Source: Octopus sinensis (lineage: Eukaryota). Taken from it: a stretch of DNA of 64,000 bases. The number at the start of each line of letters is the position of its first letter. The first letter of the stretch is position 1. Shown here one piece after another: positions 1 to 14,301 of the stretch. Under the pieces are notes generated by a model, which ran no database searches, was not told the origin of the DNA, and worked only from the letters and a program-made list of their open reading frames with translations. Location of the stretch: NCBI RefSeq assembly GCF_006345805.1, contig NC_042999.1:121458001-121522000 (forward strand), in the 5' to 3' direction. The translations under genes were made by a program, and so were the position numbers.

Positions 1-1689
1 TTGACAGAATACTATCATAGACTAATGGTTTACTGTGATACATTAGGGAAAATACAAAAAGAAAAACAAAGAGAGAGAGAGAGAGAGAAAGAAACAGAGA
101 AACGTCGTTCAATGAAAACACGGATGCAGTATTTTCTTTTTCCTCCGCCTTTCGGAAAAGGAAAGGTGAAAGGAATTAACGATATCATATGAAACGAATG
201 AAGCACTAAAATACTAATGTGAAACTGCTGCGAATGGTTACCGTCAAACAGCGAGATTTTAGTGATTATATTTATAAATACATATTATATGGGTGAATTT
301 ATAACATCTTCATCTGGCATATTTATGCAAGCTTTTTAAATACAGATGTACTAACCAGATAATAGATTCGTTTTAAAATTATTTTTCCATTTCAAACGAA
401 AAGCAAACACAGCCAGCAACCTCATCAGTGCATGACAACTACTAACAGCGATGATCATCCATTAAGGTAGTAACGTAACGTAACGTAAGGTGTATAGAGG
501 AATAAATCGAAAGCGACATCATGCTAAATAAACTGGGGAGGCACCATTAAACAGAAGCTGTTTCTCTTTTAGGTATTTAAACAGAAGATGGCAAAAGATG
601 ACCAGTGCAAATTATGTAGTGGGAATAATAAAAGCAGGAGTGATGCTAGCAACAGATATGAATATGTGTAACGAACATCGCTGTTATGGCTTGAGAGAAA
701 ATAATGCATAACGGAAATCCGTCATGCTCAACAGATGCGAATAACAGCACAGTAGGTGCGCGTGCTGCTGACATTTTATAGTCGACTACATGTCTATACA
801 TTACAGCAACATAAATGACGAATGACGAAAATTGTGAATTTTCTAACACAATGCTTTATGAGCAGTACTGAACATATATAAATTCCACGTTTGGTTTACT
901 TTCCGCGACATTCAATCATCAAAAGAAACATGGAAGCAGTCCAAAATTTAACATTCATGCAACCTCATTTGATGAAGGGGAAATTTAATTGTTTATTCAG
1001 ATATGGACCACAATAAAGCACATACACGACGCTTATACACTTAGTATCAAAATTTAAATTATGAATAGCATTGGAGGAGATTGCACATTTATTAAATATA
1101 TATATATATGTTATATCTAACAACAAATTATCAGAAAGCACAACATGAATTAAGGAACTTCCACATTTTTTTTTTCTTATTCAAATGAATTATCAAACCA
1201 AAATTATCAATTTCCATATTCATAGAAATTCAATTTCTGAAGACAATAATGTGACCTACCTTCTCTCTTTATAAGGGAGTCGGCTGTTATGTTTTGGTTT
1301 TTAGAGTTTTTGGTAACGTAATGTTATGGGGAGGGAATATAATACAGTTTAACAGCGAGAGGCTAAAGCCATCTCAAGAATGTCGGTAGCGATTTTTGGT
1401 CATATTGGTAACGGTGTGCAACTAGTCGCCAACATGACAAATGTATATAATACCTCAATGAAAACATGGAGGTTATTCAACAAGGAAAATACCAGCCAGG
1501 GGAACAGAAAGAGAGAAATTAGAAACACTGCTCTTATCACTCTCAATTCACAAAAATATTATCTAATTAACTGAAGGAATTAACGTTTTTGACCACAGTT
1601 TTTTCGTTTTTTTTTACTTCTTTTCTGTGTCTATTTTTTTTCTCTTTCTTATACTTGTCAATGAAAATAAAATTTTAAATCGTTTTAAT

Positions 1690-2453
1690 GTACGTGACTG
1701 ATGTACGCACCAACATCAGCAAGTTTCGGGTGTAGTGGTTGCTGTTGTAAATAGCAGTAGTAGTCCGACATAGAGAAGTACTGCTTCTTCTCCCGGACTG
1801 GAAATAAAATTGAGATATGTATTCGTCTTAGAGCGCCCATGGTATAGTGCTTTTTTGGTTTTCCGCGTATGTTTTCAGAGTGTTGACGCTAACAACAGTA
1901 TTAGTCTTTTCGTTGACAAACAAACAATCGGTTATTAAAAAATAATTAAGCAATTATTAATATAAAACGAGAAAATGACTTAGGAAGAAAGAATCAAAGC
2001 TCTTCTTGCCGGGTTGTAGCTGAGAGAGAGAGAGAGGGTGAAGAGAGCATCAGCAGATAGGGAGTGAGAGTAAAAGACAGTGGAATCGAGTGCGCAACGG
2101 GATGAGTCTAGTTTTGCATCAACCTGTTTGTGCTTGGCGTTAGTATTAGTTCTTTTACTGCTACTTCCTAAGTTCGAGTTTAAAATGAGAAATTCGATAT
2201 GCTATCAATATTTATTAAACATTATGGATTTTTTTTTAATTGAAATATTTTTTATGAATCCGTACAGTTGTGTGACAAATTAATATTTTGTATACAACTA
2301 CCGACAGATTAGCGAAGCTAATTGGAACAGCCAAATTATCGATCTTATTATTGTCGAATTCTTAGAGTAAATTCTATCTCTTGTTACATTACAAGAGATC
2401 TTTGTTGTGCGACTTTGCTCCTCCGGCGAGTGCGTACAACTTGAAGGTTTACC
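1690..2453 (+). promoter_or_regulatory. Putative promoter/5'UTR region of the gene above
   Basis: Unique sequence with visibly more CpG than the 44-61 kb region, a (GA)n tract near 2020-2036, and a possible acceptor ttgttacattacaag|a at 2395/2396. Inference only. Confidence 0.3.
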
Positions 2454-2729
2454 ATGCGAATCTTCCAATATAATTTCTTACATTTATTTCTTGGAATTTG
2501 TCAGCTTGGATCTGTATTTGCAACAAAAGATGTTTCCGTTGGCATCGGTGGTACCACGGTTGAGTCTCAGACAGACAAGCTTGTTGCACCTGGCCAAGAT
2601 AATTTGGAAAGAAAAGAGTCTACGGCTGAGAAATACAACTGTCCAGGTGCATCATTAGTCCAAGTGGACTTACTGAGACTTTCTTACGACTACTCCATCG
2701 TTGACATTGACATTATTCAACATGTCAAG
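2454..2729 (+). CDS. First coding exon (92 aa, phase-0 intron follows) of a secreted or membrane protein of unknown family
   Basis: ACC-ATG context with an in-frame TGA just upstream. N-terminus MRIFQYNFLHLFLGICQLGSVFA is signal-peptide-like. Non-repetitive codons run to a strong donor AAG|GTAGGT at 2729/2730. No family recognised and no second exon found. Confidence 0.6.
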
Positions 2730-3136
2730 GTAGGTTTATCACTTCCCAATCAAACAACTTTACTTTCAAACATTTTACATTGTCGGTAAAACCACTCTCA
2801 CACAAACTTCTTTCCTTTCAATTATTGTTCACTATGTCCTGGTGACAAATTTGTGATGAAATTTCAACAAAGTTCATAAAAGAAACTACTTTTTCTCCTT
2901 ATCAATCCTTTGAATATTCTTTATTTATTCCAGTATTGTTTCTTTGAAAATGTTTTGTAAAAAAAAAAAAGAAGAAGAAGAAAGAAAGAACTTAAAGAAA
3001 TACATATAATTTGTTGGTTTAATATTTAAAGTTAGACCACTTTCAGAGGGTTCTTCAATTTCCGAAGAACTTTAAACTTATTTACTTGGCTTTGATTTTC
3101 ATTCATTGTTTATCCATTCAATATTCATACATACAT

Positions 3137-3180
<44 letters not shown>

Positions 3181-3185
<5 letters not shown>

Positions 3186-4394
3186 TCACAATATACAAAC
3201 ATTTGTTTATAATGCGAACGGGTTCTACTTTCATTATTGTGCAATGAATGTTTGACAAACTAACGGCGTTTAGTCGACGGGTGTTTAGAAAAGTGTATAC
3301 AATACTGAAAAAACAAACAAAAATGTTTGTACAACTACAGACTTATAAAATAATAACCAAACAATTGTTTTCAATCAAGTTCTACATGATATTATCACTA
3401 TTTTCAATTATATCTTCATTTCTTCTTAGTTGCTTAACTTTCGCAGTCAAATCTCGTCTGCTATTTTCATGTCGCCTGAAAACCTTAAAACCGCTTCCTA
3501 AACGCTCGAAACGAAATTTGTAAGCGCTAAGATAATAATATAGTTTTGTTACGGAAATGTTAAGAGTAACGATTAAAATCAAATTATACGTGCGTGTATG
3601 TATGTGTGTGTGTGTATTATGTGTGCGCGCGCGCGTATTAAAATACATATGTACACACACACATTATATATACATACATATATAAACATATATATATATA
3701 TACATATATATATAAACACATATATATACATATATATATGTATATACATATATATACATATATATATGTATATACATATATATATACATATATATGTATA
3801 TACATATACATATATATGTATATACATATATCTGCATATATATCTATACATATCTATACATATATATATATATATACATATGTACATATACATATATATA
3901 CATATATATATACATATGTACATATACATATATATATAAATGTGTACATATACATATAAATATGTACATATACATATATATATACACATATATATATATA
4001 CACATATATATACATGTATATACACATATATATATACATATATATATATACATATACATATATACATATATATATACATATATATACACATATATACATG
4101 TATACATATATATATACACATATATAGATGTATACATATACACATATACATACACATATATATATACGTATATATACATACATACACACACACACATATA
4201 TACACACACAACTTATACATACTTACGCATATATATATTGAGATAAAATTTGGTGTACGCAGAAATAAATGTATGTCTGTGTAAATATATATTGATACAA
4301 ACTGTGTATGCGGATCTATATATTTAGATGTGTATGTAATATATAAGTATATACTAAGTCTCTATGTGTGTGTATAGGTATACGTACCTATTTG

Positions 4395-4435
<41 letters not shown>

Positions 4436-5670
4436 TATATATACAGTCACAATATACAAACATTTGTTTATAATGCGAACGGGTTCTACTTTCATTATTG
4501 TGCAATGAATGTTTGACAAACTAACGGCGTTTAGTCGACGGGTGTTTAGAAAAGTGTATACAATACTGAAAAAACAAACAAAAATGTTTGTACAACTACA
4601 GACTTATAAAATAATAACCAAACAATTGTTTTCAATCAAGTTCTACATGATATTATCACTATTTTCAATTATATCTTCATTTCTTCTTAGTTGCTTAACT
4701 TTCGCAGTCAAATCTCGTCTGCTATTTTCATGTCGCCTGAAAACCTTAAAACCGCTTCCTAAACGCTCGAAACGAAATTTGTAAGCGCTAAGATAATAAT
4801 ATAGTTTTGTTACGGAAATGTTAAGAGTAACGATTAAAATCAAATTATACGTGCGTGTATGTATGTGTGTGTGTGTATTATGTGTGCGCGCGCGCGTATT
4901 AAAATACATATGTACACACACACATTATATATACATACATATATAAACATATATATATATATACATATATATATAACACATATATATACATATATATATG
5001 TATATACATATATATACATATATATATGTATATACATATATATATACATATATATGTATATACATATACATATATATGTATATACATATATCTGCATATA
5101 TATCTATACATATCTATACATATATATATATATATACATATGTACATATACATATATACATATATATATACATATGTACATATACATATATATATAAATG
5201 TGTACATATACATATAAATATGTACATATACATATATATATATACACATATATATATATACACATATATATACATGTATATACACATAATATATACATAT
5301 ATATATATACATATACATATATACATATATATATACATATATATACACATATATACATGTATACATATATATATACACATATATAGATGTATACATATAC
5401 ACATATACATACACATATATATATACGTATATATACATACATACACACACACACATATATACACACACAACTTATACATACTTACGCATATATATATTGA
5501 GATAAAATTTGGTGTACGCAGAAATAAATGTATGTCTGTGTAAATATATATTGATACAAACTGTGTATGCGGATCTATATATTTAGATGTGTATGTAATA
5601 TATAAGTATATACTAAGTCTCTATGTGTGTGTATAGGTATACGTACCTATTTGTATGTATATATATATAT
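3181..5670. repeat. Tandem duplication of an approximately 1.26 kb unit
   Basis: tacagtcacaatatacaaac occurs at 3181 and 4442 (offset 1261). ORFs 3248-3523 and 4509-4784 translate identically. Unit boundaries lie in (TA)n. Confidence 0.92.
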
Positions 5671-5796
5671 ATATATTTATATACATATATATATGTGTGT
5701 GTATGGTATACTCAGATGTATATATATAATATATGTATGTATATAATAGTACACACACATTCGTGCTATATCTCTACATACGTGTATATATACATA

Positions 5797-5864
<68 letters not shown>

Positions 5865-6021
5865 CATACATACATACTTACAAACGTAATATATATGTAC
5901 ATGTGTGGGTGTGTATACATGTGTGTGTATGTATATATATATATTATGTGTGTGTGTATTATATATGTGTATGGATGTATATATGTGTGTATGTATGTAT
6001 GTATATATATATATATTATAC

Positions 6022-6059
<38 letters not shown>

Positions 6060-6130
6060 GCATATATATATATATACATAAATATGTATCTATATATGTA
6101 TGTATATATACACATATATGTGTGTATGTT

Positions 6131-6161
<31 letters not shown>

Positions 6162-6330
6162 ATACACACACATTTATTATATAGACGTATGTAAATATAT
6201 TTGCATATTGCTATATATTTTCGCGTATGTCTATATATGTATGAGCGTATACGTACATATGTGTGTGTATGTATGTTTATGTATATATTTCTGTAGACAT
6301 ATGAATATACATATGTACATAAATCTGTAG
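5670..6330. repeat. (TA)n/(TG)n compound microsatellite
   Basis: Directly visible dinucleotide repeats. Confidence 0.9.
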
Positions 6331-6867
6331 ATGTGCCTACACACATAGAAATCGCACTCAGAGATAATACATACACACATGCACACACTTACGTGCACGA
6401 ATATGTACACCTCTCTATATAAACACATTTAGTAATATATAAGGAAATAAGCATACATATGTGTTATGTAGGCAGACAAACAGACAGGATAGATAGATAG
6501 ATAGATAGACACACAAGATGTAAGCATATGTATTTTGTAGTTTTTTTCAAAAAATGGAACACGTTTTTATTTCTATATTAATGTATATACATTTGTAAAT
6601 TTTCATTGACACATTTGTGTGTGTATGCATACACATAAGCATTAGAATGTGCGTGAAAAAGTAATTGTGTATCTCTCTCTCTCTCTCAGCACATAACTAT
6701 CTGTATCTGTCTCTCTATACATACATATCTAGTGTGTGTGTGTGTAGTTTGTGTGTGCGTAAAGTGTTTCAAATTTAAAGAAATACATTTACAGATTGAA
6801 AATTTGCTGTAAAACAAAATAAAAGAATTGTACTTTTTGTTTTATTCATAATTGTTACTAGTGTTTG

Positions 6868-7010
6868 AAGCAGTGCCGCTGGCCAAAATGTTAGCGAACC
6901 AAAATTAAATGCTTTGAAGCGGAATGTATTTCATTTAGTGCCTCCAGGTACGGGGTTCAAATCATACCTCAGTCGGCTTCGTCTTTCTTTTATAAAATGT
7001 GGTAAATAAC
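6868..7010 (+). mobile_element. Degenerate tRNA-derived SINE head
   Basis: gctggccaaaatgttagc...ggggttcaaatc...gtcggcttcgtcttt resembles A/B-box SINE heads and the copies at 57060-57485. Confidence 0.35.
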
Positions 7011-7789
7011 TATGTAATTACTACACTAACATGATTTTTATCAGAATTGGCTCCCCCATCCCCAGATAAATGATTATTATTACCGCTCGGCTCTTACGTC
7101 TTTGGGAAAGGCATGATTGCTACAACAACTAGTTTTCTCCGATTTGTAAGTGGATTATTCAAAGGTACATGAGAAAATATAACAGATACATGAAAGCATT
7201 CTAAAAAGTATTTTAATTCAGTATAAAGCGACGTCTCTATCTATTCAAGCTATTTAAAGCGTTTAAAGATACTTTATCCACCCTTTCATCTTTTCATTCG
7301 ATTATATATAGATAAGTGATCGAGCTAGAAATATTTTATCACGATCTGAGGAATCTGGTTCAGAAAAATAATTCGTATTGATTCATATGTTTTGGTATCA
7401 ATGTAAATTACACATGTATTTTAGACATAACATAGTTCAAGTAACATTGGTCGTTTGTAAAGCTTCAAAACGAGCTTTTGTGTGCCGATACAATAGATGA
7501 TTGTATATATATATATATATCGTATAGTATTGAGTAAATAGAAGCATGTGCGCTGTTTCAATATACAGCTAGGTGTGCGGTTTCATACAATAAATAACGG
7601 TGATGATGACATACACGGAACAGTTGCAAATCACGCAAACATACATACACAGAAAATTGCTCGTGTGTATGTATGTGTGTATGTGTGTGAGAGAGAGAGA
7701 GAGAGAGTATGTGTGTGTGCGTGTGTGTTAGTTTGTGTGTGTGCTAGTGCGTGTGTGTGTGTTTATGAGCGTGAATTTGTTTATGCCCA

Positions 7790-7843
7790 TCTGTCTATCT
7801 ATCTATCTGTCGGTCTGTCTGTCTGCCTATCTATCGATCTATC

Positions 7844-7883
<40 letters not shown>

Positions 7884-7980
7884 GTCGATCTATCTATCTG
7901 TCTATCTATCTATCTATCTGTCTATCTATCTGTCTATCTATCTGTCTATCTATCTATCTATCTGTCGGTCTATCTATCTG

Positions 7981-8055
<75 letters not shown>

Positions 8056-8072
8056 GTCTATCTATCTATCTG

Positions 8073-8107
<35 letters not shown>

Positions 8108-8400
8108 GTCTATCTATCTGTCTATCTATCTATCTGTCTATCTATCTATCTGTCTATCTATCTGTCTATCTATCTATCTATCTGTCTATCTATCTGTCTA
8201 TCTATCTGTCTATCTATCTATCGATCTATCTATCTGTCTATCTATCTATCTGTCTATCTATCTATCGATCTATCTATCTGTCTATCTATCTATCTGTCTA
8301 TCTATCTATCGATCGATCTAGCTGTCTATCTATCTGTCTATCTGTCTATCTGTCTATCTGTCTGTCTATCTATCTGTCTATCTATCTATCTATCTATCTA
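7790..8400. repeat. (ATCT)n/(GTCT)n tetranucleotide array
   Basis: About 600 bp of atct/gtct units; source of the spurious LSIY ORFs. Confidence 0.95.
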
Positions 8401-8799
8401 CACACATACATACGTAAGTATATATTTGTGTACGGACGTATGTTTTACCTATCTCATAAAATGTGAGTGTAAACATGTTTAAAACAAGAGAAAAAGTACT
8501 CAATATATGTTGGTGAGTGCAGTATGGTTATAGTTGTATGTGCGCGCGCGCGCATCCCTTACACTTACCATCGGTTCGCGCGCGCACACACGTACACATA
8601 TGTAGCGGAGATATACAATACAAGATCCACGAATCTTGCACTCACGCATATACGGAACAGATATATAGTATACATATGTAAATGTAGTGAAATTTAGGAG
8701 AATTGAATTTTATTTCCCCACTGTCTTAGGGGAAAAAAGGCAAGAAATGAAGTCATCACGTAAAAGAATTGGTTTTCTACAAAGGGGAATCAATAGCTA

Positions 8800-9200
8800 A
8801 ATGTATGTATGTATGTATGTATGTATGTATGTATGTATGTATGTATGTGTGTGTGTATGTATGTATGTGTGTATGTATATGTATGTGTGTATGTAAGTAT
8901 CTATGTACGTGTGTATGTATGTATGTATGTACGTATGTAAGTATCTATGTACGTGTGTATGTATGTACGTGTGTATGTATGTACGTGTGTACGTATGCAT
9001 GTATGTGCGTATGTATGTATGTACTTATGCATGTATGTACGTATGTATGTATCTATGTACGTGTGTATGTATGTACGTGTGTATGTATGTACGTGTGTAT
9101 GTATGTACGTATGCATGTATCTACGTATGTATGTATCTATGTACGTGTGTATGTATGTATGTGTATGTTTATATATGTGGGTGTTTATATATGTATGTAT
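8800..9200. repeat. (ATGT)n array with ACGT variants
   Basis: Directly visible. Confidence 0.95.
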
Positions 9201-9207
9201 GTATGTG

Positions 9208-9243
<36 letters not shown>

Positions 9244-9588
9244 TGTTTGTGTATGTATGGCTCCGATGGAAAAGTATATAGTCATGTATACAGGGAATAC
9301 ATGTATGTACTTAAGACAAGAAGTACATACGTCTACAGATTATATATATATATATTATATATATATATATATATATACACACACATCCACACACCCTTGT
9401 TCGTACGTATACACGCGCACTCACCTACACACATATATATGTTGATATTCACTCGTATGAATGTGTTTTATAATACATTTATCTACATACTAGAAATGTT
9501 TTATTTCGTTGAATTGAAATATCCAGTTAAAATATAGATTTATCTGAATTGATATATTTGAAAATATTTGCCTACTTCCCCCCCCCCC

Positions 9589-9638
<50 letters not shown>

Positions 9639-10732
9639 AAAGGTTGCCTATTCTAAGATATTGTATATTACGCTTGGTAACACTGTTGCACTTCCTGTGC
9701 ATGCTTCTACTGTATCGAGTCACAAACAATAACTAAGTCACTTTCCGTTTGCATTCAGGGTCTCCTGTTGCATCACTGCTGTTTGACAAAGGGTAGTTTG
9801 TTAGTGAGAATGCAGTTTTTGGCAATGCCGCCTTGTGGATTGTATTAATTTGATTCGAACAAGAGCTAAGTCAGTAAATAAGCACAGCAGAGTAAATTTA
9901 TCGTATTTAGCTTGTCATTTGAAACGCTTTATGCCCTTTCTTGCAGAGAGACTAAAAAATAGTTGATCATTAATTATCCTAAATATAGTGACTTCTAAGA
10001 ATGTTGCATGCCATTAATTATAGTTTTCTTTTTATATAATTTTTTTTTATATGTTCTTGAGATAAAGAATAATCGTAAGCTTTTACAGGCAAATGTACAT
10101 ACAATTATCTAATTCGTCTTAGATTTATATTTAGTGTATGTTAGCAGAATACATTTAACGCAATCCCTTACATTCGTAAGCATAAACACATGTGTATGTG
10201 TATATGTCTGTGAATGTGTGAAAATGAATATTTATAAACATATCTATACACAAATGTGTGTGTGTGTGTCTGTAGTATATGTGTGTATATGTATGTGTAC
10301 GTATATATGTATTTATATATGTGTATATATATATATATAGACACACACAGAAAAACTTACCAAAAATATTAAGTTTATAATATATATGTACACATGCATG
10401 TATGTATACTATATATATGTATATATATATATACACGTGTATATATATATATATACATGTATATATATATATACACATGTACATATATATATACACATGT
10501 ATATATATATATATACACATGTACATATATATATACACATGTATATATATATACACATATATATACACATATATAATATATATATATATAATGTATGTAT
10601 ATTATATATCACGTGACCGACCAGACCATCAGATGTTGTTGCACATCGCTGGTCACAATGCGTTCACATTGTTTTAGCCTTCGAATGACGCCACCCCGCT
10701 GGCTAAGCGAGCAGGCCAATATTATATATATA

Positions 10733-10777
<45 letters not shown>

Positions 10778-10782
10778 CATGA

Positions 10783-11078
10783 CATCATAATGAAGAGTAG
10801 AGAATTCTACATCTTCAAAATTTATTGATTAAAGTATTTCCTTCACATACCATTCCAACACGTGTTTCTGTTGGATAAGTGTCTCGTTGTCATCCTTTGA
10901 TATAGCACTTGCATGCATTTTGTTGATTTATATCAAATCAGCTAAATGCACATGAGTGCTATATCAAAGGAAACTGAGACACTTATCCTGCAGAAACACA
11001 TGTCAGAATTGAATATGAAGAAAATATTTTGATATATAAATTTTGAAGATGTATGATTCTCTATTCTTCATTATGATG
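10783..11078. repeat. Imperfect foldback (arms about 145 bp) carrying degenerate hammerhead-like cores, probably Penelope-type inverted termini
   Basis: catcataatgaagagtagagaat... pairs with ...attctctattcttcattatgatg, centred near 10930. The right arm contains CTGAGAC...GAAACACATGTC (10974-11004). Confidence 0.75.
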
Positions 11079-11285
11079 GTCTGTTCATGTATTCTGCATG
11101 TTACATGGAATCCAAAGAAGTGAACTCAGAATTTACCTATCAAATGAAGTACAGTTTGTTTGTCTTATGTAGTTAGCCAGATATGGATTGTGTCACACTG
11201 TGCTCATTAGGTATCTGCCTGGATTTGAAACCCATATTCTTTTATATTATATGTATATGTGTGTGTGTGTGTGTATGAGTATATA

Positions 11286-11670
11286 TAGGCACAGCTGTGG
11301 TAAGAAATTTGCTTCCCAACCACAGGGTCGAAGGTTCTGTCCCACCTTCAGCAAATGTCTTCAACTATAGCATCGAGATGACCAAAGCCTTGTCAGTGGA
11401 TTTAGTAGATAGTAATTGAAAGAGACCTGTTATACATATATATGAATATATGTGGTGGTGGTGTGTGGGGGGGGGGTTGAATCAGTGTTTGCTCCCCATC
11501 ACAGCTTGACAACTGATGTTCATGTGCTAAGGCCCCAGTAAAAGACACTGATAGAATAAGTACCAGGCTTTAAAAAAAAATAACTACTGGGTGTTGATTG
11601 ATTTCACTAAAATATCTTCAAGGTCAAGCCCCAACATACCTAGAGTTTAATGAGTGAAACAACTAAAGGG
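11286..11670 (+). mobile_element. tRNA-derived SINE (dominant family of this window)
   Basis: ggc..gctgtggtaagaa..ttgcttcccaaccac head, ccaaagccttg..agtggattt body, gatagaataagtacc segment and a degenerate tgaaac tail; homologous to 15677, 41028, 47263 and 54965. Confidence 0.8.
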
Positions 11671-11729
11671 AAAGGTATATATATATATATATACCCATGT
11701 GTATTTGTTGCTGTGTATATATATATATA

Positions 11730-13352
11730 CAGTTGCGGCCAAAATGTTCAGAACGGCATTGTTTTCGTCAGAAAAGTATGTATAAGTTTTTGTTAAGTTG
11801 TTTTTATTTCTAATATTTCACAGACAATAATACGATATTATTTGTTATTGTCTGAGATTTTGGTGTAATTTGAGAGGATAATAAAAAAGTTATGGATGAT
11901 TTAGTGATTTACTGCAAAACCCATGGCGGCCAAAATGATCAGAACGGTTGCTTTTACTCCATGTTTTAGTATATTTAACCGTCGAACTCTAATGTTTTGA
12001 ATTTGTTTACGTGACAGTTCGTTTACTAAACATTAGTAAGAATATCTGCAGTGTACTTGGTTAATATAATGCCACTTACACCATTACCAATTCGTCAGCA
12101 GATTATTAAGCTTCGAAAGAAGGATAATTTAAGTATTAGGTCTATTGCAAAGATTGTTACGAGTCAAAAAGTGTTGTTCATGGTATTCTTAAGGTCTACG
12201 ATGATTGTGGTTCGTTGAAGCAAGAAAGTCTACAGGTAGGCCAAGAAAAAACGACAAGAGAGAAGATCGTGCTATGGTAAAGTTGTTAAAAAGGACATTT
12301 TAAAACTGCTGCTGCTGTTTTTCGGGAAATGAGCATTGTACTGAAGAAAACTTTATCTCGAAATACTGTGTCTCGTCCTTTAGTTGAACATGACCTACAA
12401 GCAAGAGCACCTGCAGTGAAGCCACTGATCAGCTCCAAGAATAAAAAGTGTCATCTTACCTTTGCAACCGAACATGTGTTGTGGTCTCAAGAAAAATGGC
12501 AAACGGTGCATTTCAGTGATGAATCTAAGTTTATGTTATTTGGCTCAGATGGGAAAAGGTACGTTCGTCGAAAAGCAGGTGAAAAATTGTCACCTAAATG
12601 CCTTAAGACTAGCGTTAAATTCAGTGGAGGAAGTGTCATGGTTTGGGGGATGATATCTGGAGATGTTGTGGGCCCTTTGCTGCGATTACATGGAAAGTTA
12701 AATGCAGGAGTTTATAAACAACTTGTAAAAGATCGTGTCTTGCCTGTGCTGAGAAATTCAACTAAGCGACCACCCATATTCATGCAGGACAATGCCCCAT
12801 GTCACAAGGCTAAGGTGGTCATGAACTTCCTCAAGGCTGAAAAGGTTATTGTTATGGATTGGCCTGCTCAAGGCCCAGACCTCAATCCTATTGAAAATGT
12901 GTTGAATATTCTAGGAGAATGTTTGAAAGCCAGAAATCCTAAACCAACCGAGCAATTATGGAATGCCCATCAGGAAGAATGGAATAAAATCTCCCACCAA
13001 GAAATTGAAAATTTAATTTCCCCATGCAGTCAAAAATGTCAAACTTTGATTGAAGCTAAAGGGCTTCACACTAAATATGAAATAATTCTAGCATTCTCTG
13101 TCACCTTTTGATTATTTTGTTATTTTTTCAACCGTTCTGATCATTTTGGCCACCATGGGTTTTGCAGTAAATCACTATATCATCCATAACTTTTGTATTA
13201 TCCACTCAAATTACACCAAAATCTCAGACAATACCAATTAATATCGTATTTATTGTCTGTGAAAATTATAGAATATAAAACAACTTTAATAAAAATGTAT
13301 ACCTACTTTTCTGGCGAAAACAATGCCGTTCTGAACATTTTGGCCAATACTG
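11730..13352 (+). mobile_element. Tc1-family DNA transposon with long IR/DR-type terminal inverted repeats
   Basis: TIRs 11730-11950 and 13129-13352 (about 220 bp), flanked by TA on both sides. Internal direct repeat gcggccaaaatg(t/a)tcagaacgg at 11735 and 11926. Contains a DD34E transposase. Confidence 0.95.
12069..13078 (+). pseudogene. Tc1 transposase (DD34E); N-terminus frameshifted, catalytic domain open
   Basis: Starts MPLTPLPIRQQIIKLRK at 12069. ORF 12329-13111 has FSDESKF, GSVMVWG, FMQDNAPCH and PDLNPIEN, with 34 residues between the second D and the E. The usual HTKY-stop reads GAA at 13079. Confidence 0.9.
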
Positions 13353-13807
13353 TATATATAGGTATATATGTATGTGTGTATGTATATATATATATGTGTG
13401 TGTGTGTTTATATATGTGTGTTTGTGTGTATGTGTTTGTATATATATGCATATAAATGCGTTTGTATATAAATGAGTATGTATATATATGTGTGTGTATA
13501 TATATATGTGTGTATGTGTATATAGATGTATATGTGTATGTATATAAACGTGTATGTATATAAGTGTGTGTGTATATATGTATGCATGTACATATATATA
13601 TTAGCCTAGGTATAGTGAGAGCCACTGGTGAGAATTAAGATGCTCAGCATTAAAATTCGAAATATGGCTGTCAGCTTATTAAGATAGTGCTCTTGTGGCT
13701 AATGATTTCTTCTTACTTCAAGCAATGCAGGTACCACTTTGTACTCTCTATCACCTTAGTGACATCTATAAATTTGCCTTTCGATTGTTCAATTGTTAAA
13801 GCTCACC

Positions 13808-13850
<43 letters not shown>

Positions 13851-14107
13851 ATACACATATATATGTATGTGTGTGTGTGTATACACATATATATATGTGT
13901 GTGTGTGTATACACATATATATATGTGTGTGTGTGTATACACATATATAATGTGTGTGTGTGTATACACATAATGTGTGTGTGTGTGTGTATTTATTTGT
14001 ACGTATGTATATATACATATATATGTATGTATTTATGTATATATATATATACATATATATGTATGTATTTATGTATATATATATATATACATATATATGT
14101 ATGTATT

Positions 14108-14142
<35 letters not shown>

Positions 14143-14301
14143 TAGGGACGTCGGAAAGTAATTTTGTTTTTCATCAATATGAAATATGCATCAACCAATC
14201 TTGTCAGAGTCAAGGTCAAATGGGTGGGTACTGTCTAGAAATAGTTTATCATCTTTTCTATCCAGCAGTGTATCTTTCATAGTAATTTCAGTACTTAACC
14301 T

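Noticed and set aside
570-780. Minus-strand TATAAAA (780-774) and a 46-aa hydrophobic ORF MHYFLSSH...
   Set aside because: Short, no good donor, and such motifs are common by chance in AT-rich DNA.
2080-2283. Hydrophobic ORF (LCLALVLVLLLLL) upstream of the exon
   Set aside because: It starts at GTG, has no splice donor and reads into AT-rich sequence; more likely UTR or intron.
8539-8590. (CG)n tracts as a Z-DNA or inverted-repeat element
   Set aside because: Short and self-complementary by nature; no further structure.
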